Assembly (NCBI GenBank): GCA_950097015.1
Contig: CATNEN010000003.1
Coordinates: 11,470,001 to 11,534,000 of the forward strand
Direction: 5' to 3'
Length of the DNA: 64,000 nt
Origin: Macrostomum hystrix
Taxonomy: Eukaryota > Animalia > Platyhelminthes
Of the stretch, positions 1-10,444 are shown piece after piece (position 1 is the stretch's first letter; every line of letters begins with the position of its first letter). The notes under the pieces are model-generated. The model had not been told where the DNA came from. It searched no databases and saw only the letters and a list, made by a program, of their open reading frames with translations. A program made the position numbers and the translations under genes.

Positions 1-1499
1 AATAACATGTTGTCAGAGAAATGTACTAGTTTAGTTTGCGTTCGCCAGGGAATTTTAGTAGCCTTTTATAAACGAGCATAGTTTTAAAGTACATGGTGTT
101 CTTCACAAAATTTTTTTGTTCTTTCTATCTTCTTCTTTCTTTCTTCATTTTTTTCCTTCAATATTCGTCATCGAAGACTTGCCATTAGAAATAGTGAATG
201 GAACTTTACTGTTAAACACGTAACGCTTACATCAAGGCTTTATCTTAATTATTGCATCAATTTTCAACTCATAATAAATTATGATATAAAACGTATTAAC
301 AATTTACATCGAAACGCAAAAACACGTTTGTTTATATGCTTTGGGATGTATAAATAAAACATTTTTTTGGAGTCCATATATGTTCATCAAGCAGAAACAA
401 GGCGAAAACTTGCTAGTTGTTTGCTTGTTTATTTATCTAACAAATTTATTTAAACGGCCAAAATCTTTTTTTTGCCTCCAACTAGTACAACTTTGTATCT
501 AGTACAAATAGTACAAATCTCAGTGACTGTACCAATTTCAATCTTGCCAGGAATGGTTCATATTGGTTTTGTTGGTAATTTGCTTGTCGTTTTTCTTCAA
601 TCAAGATTTTCCCATTTTAATTACAATGTAATTACTGCGCGTTCAAATTAAAAAGTAATTAGAGTCATAATTTGCTCGTATAATATACGTAACTCAAATT
701 TAGTTTGTCTTGCAATGATCCCATGCATCATTCCCATATTTTCGCCGGCTTTAAGAAAATATCAATGTGGTGTAATTTCTTTCCTGCGAAAATCGATGAC
801 TTCATTGTATGCCGACTTAAATAGCGCCTAAATATATAGTTTAGGCCTAAGTATAGTTTTTTTTGGCTGCATGTAATTCTACCCGGATGTATCCATAATT
901 AATAACAGAGTAAATTATATCGCTGTACTATTTGCTCCTTAGTTCATAGAAATTAATTTATTAATTGCACGGCTAAAATCCAAACAGACAGCCAGAATAA
1001 CATAACAAAATCAATTTTATATTTTGAAATTTCTACTCATTCTCAATTTTTTGGCGATCATGTCGTCATATAATTAACGTTCGCAGCTTTCGCATATCCC
1101 TAGAAGGTAGAGCTTCGGAATGCTGAATACCGAGTGATTGTATAGCATATATAGTTTATTCCCTATAGTGCTTCAGTTTTACAAAGCTACGATATGCAAC
1201 ACAGTCCATGGGCTGAAGAGCAATGAAATAAAAATGTCATAAAATAAGATGAATCTTTGAGGCTTTTGAATTTCAGATTTTTTTTTATATCTTGATTTAT
1301 ATATCATCGATCGGTTACTGGTATTTTAGTAATAGTATTTTAGTGAGACAGTCGGAATTGGGACCGTTAGTCATTTTAGTTGAATGTCTATTGATTGCGC
1401 TGTATAAGTTTAAAAGAAACTGTTAAAATCGCGACGACTACGATCGTTACAATCCAAGAATAATGCATTAGTAAACTAGGAGTATAAAATCTCGTAAAC

Positions 1500-2460
1500 C
1501 ATTCCGCAAGATCGTCACACCGGAAGTTATATAGTACTTGACGTGTTTCGCTATTTTATAGGACGTTAATGGACTTCCTGAGATAGCTTTCACACGCGTA
1601 CATCAAGCAGTTTTAAGTCCAAAGAGAAATTCCTAACGGTTATTTCATTATTATAGACCACGAAGCTATTTCAAATATTACCCACTGCCTATTTCACAAT
1701 AAAGCGGCCGATGACCGAATTTCCTGAAAGTCCACCATCTCAATAAAACATTTCCGCCCTTTACGATTTTCGGACGAGAAAGCAATAATTGGGTTAACCA
1801 AGGGTATACTACGGGCAACTAGAGCGATCTCGATCATATGCCCAAAGCAACAGAGCGATCAATCTTGGTATTCTGTCCCCAGATTTTCGCTTCAACAGGC
1901 TCCCAAAGGTACGAGTAATTATAGATATTTTTCATTGCGAACAGGTGTAGTTCCAAAATATATATTCTTTCTTAACGAGCTCTCGTTACTCATGCGTGTG
2001 CAGGGTAAACTGACAACTTCAGGCGGCAGAGAACGCTATATACTTGTAGATAAGATTTATTGCTTATGGTAGCTAGAGGTCAGCGGACGATCCTCCGTGA
2101 GGCCCCCTTAAGTCTTGTTTGTTGCTAATCCCATGCTTACTACATGGGCTAAAAAGACGATACATGCAATTTCAGCATAGAGTGCTTCAATGCAGAACCA
2201 ATGCAGAAATAAGTACAAGGAACTGAAAGAGGACACCAGCAATGTATCAGCTGACAGTCTGCCATATGGGATTTGAGAATTTTCAATAATTGCCATTTCT
2301 TATAATCCGCTTCGAAATGAGTCTGTATGTCAGCCTATAGTCCTTCAGATATGACAAATCTTTTTTTGCAGTAATCTCCTGCAACACGATACTGCAGCAT
2401 AAAAGAGAAATTCTTGCCGTAGAATTACCATCGTATATGTAAAAGTTAATGGTGCGACAT
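1500..2460 (-). mobile_element. Possible decayed Penelope-like (GIY-YIG) retroelement 3' part
   Basis: Broken minus-strand peptides resembling PLE linker/endonuclease (..GLATNKT, ..YTCSQ*KISII, ..SENRKGRKCFIEMV..NRQ), followed by CGAAACACGTC. Many stops; visual resemblance only. Confidence 0.3.
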
Positions 2461-3396
2461 TAGTTTAAACTTTTATAAATAACTACACACTGTTGATATG
2501 CACTACTTAACAGTAGAAATTAAAGAACACGCTATATTCCCCACCCTTGGTCGTCGAGTTATTGATTTTATGTTTTTATTGATTCTGGAAGTTGTTTCAA
2601 CGGATACAGCTGAAAGGCTAGGCATATAATTAAGCATATAAAGCATATAATTTGAAATTATTCCCGTGGTTTTTCTTCTTCAAAAAGGCCATTATAACAG
2701 TGTTTCGTAGAAATCAACTATTTATCTCGATAAATCGGCGAGAGTCAGTGCTGCACTCATCTATCAATTTAGTATTAGTTTTTATTAATTATTTGGGCAC
2801 TCTGAAGCCTAAACTATAGCTAGCAACTGACTTCGAACTCCCGACCTCCCATTGGCTAAATTGATCGCTTTACGCTTATACAAAGAACTATTAGAGTATA
2901 TATATTTCATTGGGTAATGGCGGCAGAACCCAGTCCACGGACAGAACAGACTGTACACAAAGCCTTTTTAGCCGCATTTCTATGATACGCATGTTCTACT
3001 CGATATTTATGAGTACGAGCTACACTCTCGATAGCAAATAATATAGTATGTAGCCCAAAAGGCTTGGAGGCTTGCCTGTACAATTTTCACCCATAAGACC
3101 CAACTATACCCAACCCACAGTGAACCAATCAACATTTAGAAAAGTTGCAAAAACTAAAGATATCGGTTCTCTTCAAACTGCGTAGAAAAAATGATTGTCA
3201 TCGACTATCAATCTGCCCGTAAAATCCTTTTGTTTCTATAATTTTGCCTCTCTGAAGGTAGTTAAAAATGAATCAGAATTCACTCGTCGAAGTTAGAATT
3301 ATCCACGCTGAGCGCGGTGACGAAGGCCTTCTGCAGCGTCTGTCACAACCGCCAGTGCCACGCGGCGCTTCAGTCAGCGACAGAGGGGGCCGTGGA

Positions 3397-3980
3397 TGGG
3401 GCGAGTGGATCAGCGGCTAACGTCGCTGCCTCGCACTCCAAAGGACGCTAGTTCGATTCACCCTTCAAGTCACGATTAATTTCGGGACTTGTTGGGGGGG
3501 GTTTGGACAGTAGCGACCGGCGGAGGTGCACCATATTTCGTGCAATCAAAGCTTGAAATAATAGCTTCGCTCCTACCTTCTGTGTGCCTGTTCTGCGTTG
3601 TGTGAGTTTGTGCGTTGGCGCTGGGGCGTGAGACCTTGCGGGGGGTGGCTGGAGGGCGGGTGTACACCGCCGCGCGCTTTCTGGACTTCCGTCAGCGCGA
3701 TTGGATAAGTGTACACTCATCACCCGCCCCCTGAGGACTGATTTCTTATCAGCCTTCCGCCCCGGCTTGGTCTGCTATGTGCGTGTAAGGCTGGGGTGGG
3801 GGACACTGCTGCCTATTCTGGGTGCCTCCTGCCCTCCCCGGCTGGTCTGTGCTGCTGTGTGTGGTGCCTGCTCAGGGGAGGCGGCGCGATGGGCGCAAAA
3901 GCGCCTAGTTCGCCGGTCTGGGGGCGTGCCGCTCCGTCGCTTGTGCGACAAGTGCCCCGGGGCCCCTCTGCAAAATAGAT
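3397..3980 (+). mobile_element. Long GC-rich tRNA-headed SINE-like insertion with 15-bp TSD
   Basis: AGAGGGGGCCGTGGA is repeated at 3382-3396 and 3981-3995. Head GGGGCGAGTGGATCAGCGG (A box-like)...GTTCGATTC (B box). Ends AAAATAGAT. Confidence 0.7.
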
Positions 3981-4540
3981 AGAGGGGGCCGTGGACCGTG
4001 TGCACCGGCATTCGACACATCCTGTGGAAGAGCGAGCGAGTGTCGGCCTACTTTGCCAACCAGCTGAAGTCTTGGACGCAGAGATTATGCAGGCACATTC
4101 AGGAGACATGTATATACATTTTGAAGGCCTAGCAAGGCCGCACTGAGGCGCAGTGCTAATTCGTGTATAGGGGTGTGTGAAATTTGACCTTCGCCCAGAA
4201 CCATTGAATATCTCGACGGTCTGAACAGCTGGCGATTTGATTCATTTTTTAGTTGTGTGTGCTTGCGTTGCTCCGTTCGTATCAGGGGGAATTCCCCAGG
4301 TAGTTCTACTGTTTAGTGACAGTGATAGAGCAGTAATAAAAAATCAATTGAAACATAACAAGGCTAATCAAATCAATGCTTTTTTTTTCATTTTTTTTCA
4401 TTCCAAACGATTCCATTTTGCAGACACGCTGATGCTTTTTTAGCACACTTAGCTATAGTTTTACTTTCCTGTTACACAGTCCTCACAATTGCTTTCAGTC
4501 TGTTAATTATTAACGTCTCTCGCTGGCAGACGGAAACATT

Positions 4541-6395
4541 CTAGACAGACTTCAGCACTGGCGGCTCGTAGCCGTCCGGCCGGTCGACCTTCTCGCCGGC
4601 GGCGGCGGCTGTGGCGGACTCGCCAGCGGCGCCAATAGCCTCGCCGTGCAGCTCCATGATCTTGCCAAGTTCGGCCTTCGGCTTGCGCAGCATCTTCACT
4701 TTGCGCACGTGGACGTCGTGCAGCGGAAAGATTCCGCTGGCGGCCTTCTCAATGTCCCGGCCGATGCTGTCAGGAATCAGGCGGCTGACAACGTCCTTGA
4801 GCTCGGAGGAGCACTCCTTGTTGACAATCTCCAGCATCTTGCGGCGGATGCGACGAATCTAAATAAAATGAAATGAAAATTCATACTCATAGTAGTATAT
4901 AGCGCGTTGATCTTCATCAATCGGATTAGGATCAGCTGTTTAGTCCATGGACTGGGGGGAGTCAGGAGTCGGGAATTCTTTTTTTCGTAGAGTCGGGAAT
5001 CGAACCACCGACCTTCAAGTCGTGAGCCCGACGCTCTAACCTAGTGCTCTAGGCTACAATTCTCTAAAAAAACAACAAGAAATCTCTTTAGATCGCCAAG
5101 AACCATGGCAAAACGAAGCCCTAACTGCTAGGTTACAATCTTAGTTCCAGACGATAAAAGGAGTCATTGACAATAAATATGAAATCTAAAACAATAATTT
5201 ACCTGGGTGCTCTGAGCGTAGGCGTGCTTCTTGATCTGGTTCATGCGCTTCTTAGTGAATGCGATCACAAACACTCGCAGAACGTAGCCATCGGCGGTCT
5301 TAACATCGACGTGGGCCTCAATAGTGGACTGCCACTTCTTAACTAGGGAGCACAGCTTGTCCCTGGTCAGGTTCATGCCATAGAAGTTTGTCAGGCAGTG
5401 CTTGCCCTGGATCATCTCAACCTGTGCAAAAATACAATTCGGAAAAATAGTTAGAACTACGCTCGTAGTAAGACTGATCATAATCCATAGTTTACATTAG
5501 AAATATTATTCATTTCTTTCCATTTTTTATCTTTGGTTTTCTATCCGTAACTGTCTTATTTACTAACATGTCTCATACCCTATCTGTGTAATCTCGCATG
5601 TATCTTACAGGAAGGGGGGTCGGTGGCAGAGCGGTTATCGCGATTGCCTCTCGCACCAAGGTCCCTAAGTTCGATTCCACGGCGAGGCCACATTTATTTG
5701 GGGCGAAGCCGCGGAGAGAAGGCTTGGGGGCTTGTCGTGCAATTTACGCCACTGAGGGCCAACCTCCAAGGCACAGTGAGAGTGTACACTGCCTGACGAT
5801 GAGAAAGCTAGGGCAGATGTACACACCTGTGTGCGTATGTGCTCAGAAGTCAGCGAAATTGGCAGAATTGCCACCTCGCTGGCTGCGGGTCTAGCGTCAT
5901 TAAATGATGTGCCATTGCCCGCAGCCCTCCTGCAATTATTATTATCATTCGTTTTCTATCCTTAACAGTCTTATTTACTTACTTTTCTCATCTGCTATCT
6001 GTCTAATCTCGCATTTATCTTATCTGTCCCCCACTTAATTGCTACTAATCAACAATACTAACCTGCAGCTTGAACTTCCTGTAAGCCGAGTCGCTGTCGT
6101 TAGTCTTCAAATCGCCCAACGACATCTCGAGAACGCGACCCTTTAGTGAGTCGCTGGCCAGCCTAGTTCCCGCGCTCCTAGTTACCAGGGTCTTGCCGCA
6201 GGTGCGCTTCTCGAACATAAACGGCGCCTTGATGTCGTACCATTCCTTCTTTAGGAAGGGATCCACGCTGTAAGTGAAAGAAAATAGAGTTATAGAATGG
6301 TGTGCAAATTACTGCAAAGACTAGTACAAAAAGTCTTACGTTGTCTTCTTTCCTCCCTTCTTTCCACCAGTCTTTTTCTGCTTTCCGTATGCCAT
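4541..6395 (-). CDS. RPS3A: 40S ribosomal protein S3a (eS1), 4 coding exons: 6340-6395, 6063-6267, 5203-5421, 4541-4858 (265 aa)
   Basis: Joined exons give MAYGKQKK...[15 protein letters not shown]...[13 protein letters not shown]...[41 protein letters not shown]...[13 protein letters not shown]...[16 protein letters not shown], the hallmark eS1 sequence. All junctions are GT-AG and phase-compatible (798 nt). Confidence 0.97.
4934..5058 (-). mobile_element. Deleted CORE-SINE family copy in RPS3A intron
   Basis: GGAATCGAACC..GACCTTCAAGTCGTGAG..GACGCTCTAACC head plus CAGCTGTT.AGTCCATGGACTG segment. Confidence 0.7.
5612..5947 (+). mobile_element. tRNA-derived SINE family 2, in RPS3A intron
   Basis: A box TGGCAGAGCGG, B box GTTCGATTCC, (ATT)n tail. 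Closely similar to the copy at 16350-16608. Confidence 0.8.
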
Positions 6396-8541
6396 GCTGT
6401 TATTAGCGTGCTGTCTGAAATTTGAAACGAATAAAATGAGGCATAAATGCATTTTTAATGCATAAATCTTAGCTATAGAAACTACTACTAGCAAAACAGT
6501 TTTTTCATAAAGGTTGTTTTCATACAGTTGCTAATATTTGATAAAATAATTAAATTGTAGAAAATTTAGATGCTTTTGCCAGTCTTGACACTTTGTTAAT
6601 AATTATTTGTGGAAATAAAAAACTAGAATGTTCAAATGCAAAAAAATTAAAGTGATGCCTTTTTTAAGAATCTATCTAATTAAGCTTGAATATATAAGCA
6701 AAGGGTTTAAGCAAAGATGCATTTTGATTAACAGGGCGAATTATCATATAGTCACATTACTCCTGCATATTATTTAAACAATAAGTCAGCCACAAATATG
6801 GTTTATTGAACAATTTAGTGAATTTTTAGTTGGCTCTATAGTTATAAGAATTTTTGTTAAACTTTGGTACCCACTGTTAGTTCACCCCATCATTTTATTT
6901 TATTATCTGATTACAATTGGGTAAAGTTGACAGTTTTTTACTGAAAAGTAGAACTTTATCCATGAGAATAAAGGCTTTTTAAAAAATATATACACAAGTT
7001 AAATCAGCTTAGTAGGCTAAAACAAAATATATGATTTTTAAAATATAAAATACAGAGAAAAAGGGGCCATCCAATACATTCACATGTTCTATTCAATTTG
7101 ATTTTGTAACAACAGTTTTAATGGAGTCAATGTATATTTCTTTATAACTTGTTTTATTACTTATATACAATATTTTAAGCAAATAAATTGTATTTTCTTG
7201 CCTAAAGCACTAAATGCTTTAAAGTCTTAACACTTAAAGTCTTAACACTTAATGTCTTTACAGTATTTTGCCTTCATTATATTTGCAAGAATTTGTTTTT
7301 CTGAAAAAGAACGTGAGTCCTGACACTGAGATAATCTAATTAGTGATCAAATAACTGCCCTAGACTTTTACAACAGTTTCAAGTAAACAAAATAAGAAAA
7401 TGAGAACAATGTGATTAAAATAAAAAAACTTTAGGTTCCTACCATCTGAGTACAATTATACGCTCGTATATTATATATATAGAAAATTGTATACATTAGA
7501 TTTTTATTTAAGACTTTGAAATACAATTGCAATCCAAAAATAATTACTAAAAATCATCAGAGATCTTAAAGCCATATTATAAACAAAAAACTACTGCCTC
7601 AGTCAGTCCCACTGGCATTGTAGTCAGTTGCAGTTCATTGCTGTCATCTTGTAGTCCAGTTGCAGTTTGTTTTGGTGTTTACACAGACCCACCTTCTTCT
7701 CACCTTGCCACAGCATTAAAAAACTTGCATGAGCTTAAGTAAGCTTTTTCAGAGTAGCTAAGAGTTGTTATTTTTGATCAAAAATAATTTGAGAAACCAC
7801 AGATTTTTATAAAAGAAACTCTATACTAAAAGTAACTAGCAATTTTATAGATTAGACAGACTAATCTGCTTAAATTTTAAGTAATACTTACTACAGCTAG
7901 CTAGTGTTTTAGGTTTTTAGGCTAAAGAAAATAAGCAGAGTATATTAATATTATAAACAGTCATAAGTACAAAATAGGATAAGCTGGGCAAATAATTGTA
8001 ACTCAATGCTTAGCAAATTTAGGAGCCTAAAGTCAGTTAGTTCGCTGCCCATTCTTAAGATTTAGCACTGAAACTTCAAGCAAATATTAAATAACACTTA
8101 GTACAAATGCATGCAGAAATACTCATGCAAGTATGGGCCAAACTGTGAACAACTGAGTTCTACTGAAAAATTGGGATCTTCAGTAAACGGCGGAAAATTG
8201 CGACGAAGAAGAAAACTTTTTGTATTTGATACATAGTAAAACAAAGCTAAACCTATAAGCGATATGAGGCCAGCTTTCAATCATAAAAAGTAGCTTTTCG
8301 ACATTTAAAAACATTTGAGGTCACAAAATTTGATCTATTTTTAAGCAAGAATATACAAAATAGTTTTTAACGAAAACTTTTTTGGATGATTTGCTTTTTC
8401 TTGGTCTATTAGTTTGTAATTACTCAACACCTTCTAAGTTAATCAGTTCCCACAAAGTTAATTAGGCTTTCCTTAATCAGATAATAACACAAAACGCAGT
8501 TTTTTCTGATCGGGAAATTGGAAGTTAACATTTGGCTTTAC

Positions 8542-8590
8542 CTTTCAGCAATCCTTTAAGATGCTCTTGTGTGTTTCGGAAGGAAGGAAG
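8542..8590 (-). promoter_or_regulatory. RPS3A: Putative TSS / non-coding first exon of RPS3A with 5'TOP tract
   Basis: Minus strand reads CTTCCTTCCTTCCG... ending AAG|GTAAAG (donor). A matching acceptor TTTCAG lies ~20 nt upstream of the RPS3A ATG. Pyrimidine-start 5' ends are typical of ribosomal protein mRNAs. Confidence 0.55.
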
Positions 8591-9652
8591 CATGTTTTGC
8601 ATTAAGAGAAGTATTCTTAATCTTTCTCAGTATTTAAGACAAAAATGTGATGCTGGAGAATTACGTGTTTTTTATTTTGGACAAGAGTATAATTGAGTTT
8701 AATTACTTAACTTCTAAAGCATGCTTTGTAGACGACACAAAATAAGCAGGAATTCAAGGCAATAATATTTCAAAAGGCAATTACTAGCGGATTATGATAC
8801 AATAGACCATAGGAAAACGCCATCACTTACAGACTCCCAAAAGAGAATCTGAAAGCAAGCACAGCATGAACTTTTATTAATATATATTTGTTAAACGGGA
8901 ATTTTCGAGTTAAATTTTTAGATATGCGCAGCACTGGAAGTCACGATTTTCCACTAGGGTGTGACAAATGCTACTTATTAGTAGTCAGAAAATGACGATA
9001 TGAATGCATGCATAATACATAATAGATAATATTAACACTAAAAAGTAAAGCGGGAGATATAATATGCGTTTTAAAAATGCTCAAAAACGAGACAAAAGGT
9101 AACAAAAATACGACAGATTCGGAATCAAATGTTTAGAAAACATTCATTTTGGAGAACGAATTCGTTACAAAGTTAAGTACGCTATAAATGAATTTAGTCA
9201 CTAGCGCAATAATATAAGCACCCTTGCAGTGTCAAATAGATTATATTTATATAATTAAAACATGCAATACTGTTTAAACGTTTTTTGTTAGAAAGTGATC
9301 CTGTTATGTCAGAGTTATAGCAACAAATTTCAGTAAAAAATAATGTCGAACCGACAACGACCATCAAAACACACACACAGGAAGAGAGCAAATGAAAAGC
9401 GAATACACGTATATACAAAAATAATTGCGATAAAAAGTAAATAAAAAGTTATATTAAAAATTAGCTTAGAAAAATAGTTAATTATGATTTAAAAAATTGT
9501 AAATCAGACAAGAAAATATAGGACTAACAAATGTTTTTAATACTTATCCTTTGCAGGAAATTGCAGACATACAGCAAGCAAGAATTTCGCGTCGATAACA
9601 CAAACTGTTATTTAGTAAACAAAGCCAAAAGCAGACTTTAGTTTTTATATAA

Positions 9653-10412
9653 CTACCTAAGTAGCAGCAATTGCTGACCCTGCTGCTGCTGCTGTGGCGA
9701 AGAAGACGACGAAACAGTCGATCTGCCAGCCGGACTGTCTTCAATGCCAGCCGAGCCAGTTACTGAAGGCATCGGCGATCGTCTATTAGGCACTGGCCGC
9801 AGCATGTCCCTAGGCAATGGACTGGTACCGATTCTAGGGAGAGCAGGCAGATACTGTTCGGGCGATACCGGAGGAAACTGCGGACTAGGCGACCTGCCCA
9901 GATCTGGCGGCAGAGAGATCGGCTCTGCAATGCCGAACGATTGAGAAGATGAGCGCTTCGATTGGCCAGATCGCGAATGAGACGACTGCTGCTGCTGCTG
10001 CTGCTGCGATGATTGCGGCGGAGGTCCCGATGGCAGAGGCGACAGAGCAGCCGACGGCGGACCCCAATGCGGAGCCGGGCTGCAGCCGCCGCCGCGGTGC
10101 TTGGAAGATATCGGCGACATCAACGGGATGTAGTGCTGCTCCGTTGAGCTGACTTCCTGCTCCAACAGTTGAGGATTCAATGGCGTGCCCAACGGTTGAA
10201 AGTGACGATCTGAGCACACCTTCTTGCCCGGACTGGGATTCAAAGAAGACGATTTAGAGCCGCTGACTGGCGCAGCCGTTGTTGAAGACGATGACGGCGA
10301 CGGGACAACGCTAGTGGCCGAGGATTGAGCAGACAATGCCAGAGCTGAATGATGATGCACATTAGGCCGATGATTCTGATGATGATACAGCATTGGCGGC
10401 GGCGGCGGAGGC

Positions 10413-10444
<32 letters not shown>

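Noticed and set aside
3268-4160. Coding-looking GC-rich target around the 3397-3980 insertion
   Set aside because: After removing the insertion only short frames remain, with no recognisable homology or clear splice partners, so it is not called as a gene or pseudogene.
6416-8541. Intronic snoRNAs in RPS3A
   Set aside because: No convincing C/D box pair with terminal stem or H/ACA double hairpin could be seen by eye; needs snoscan/Infernal.
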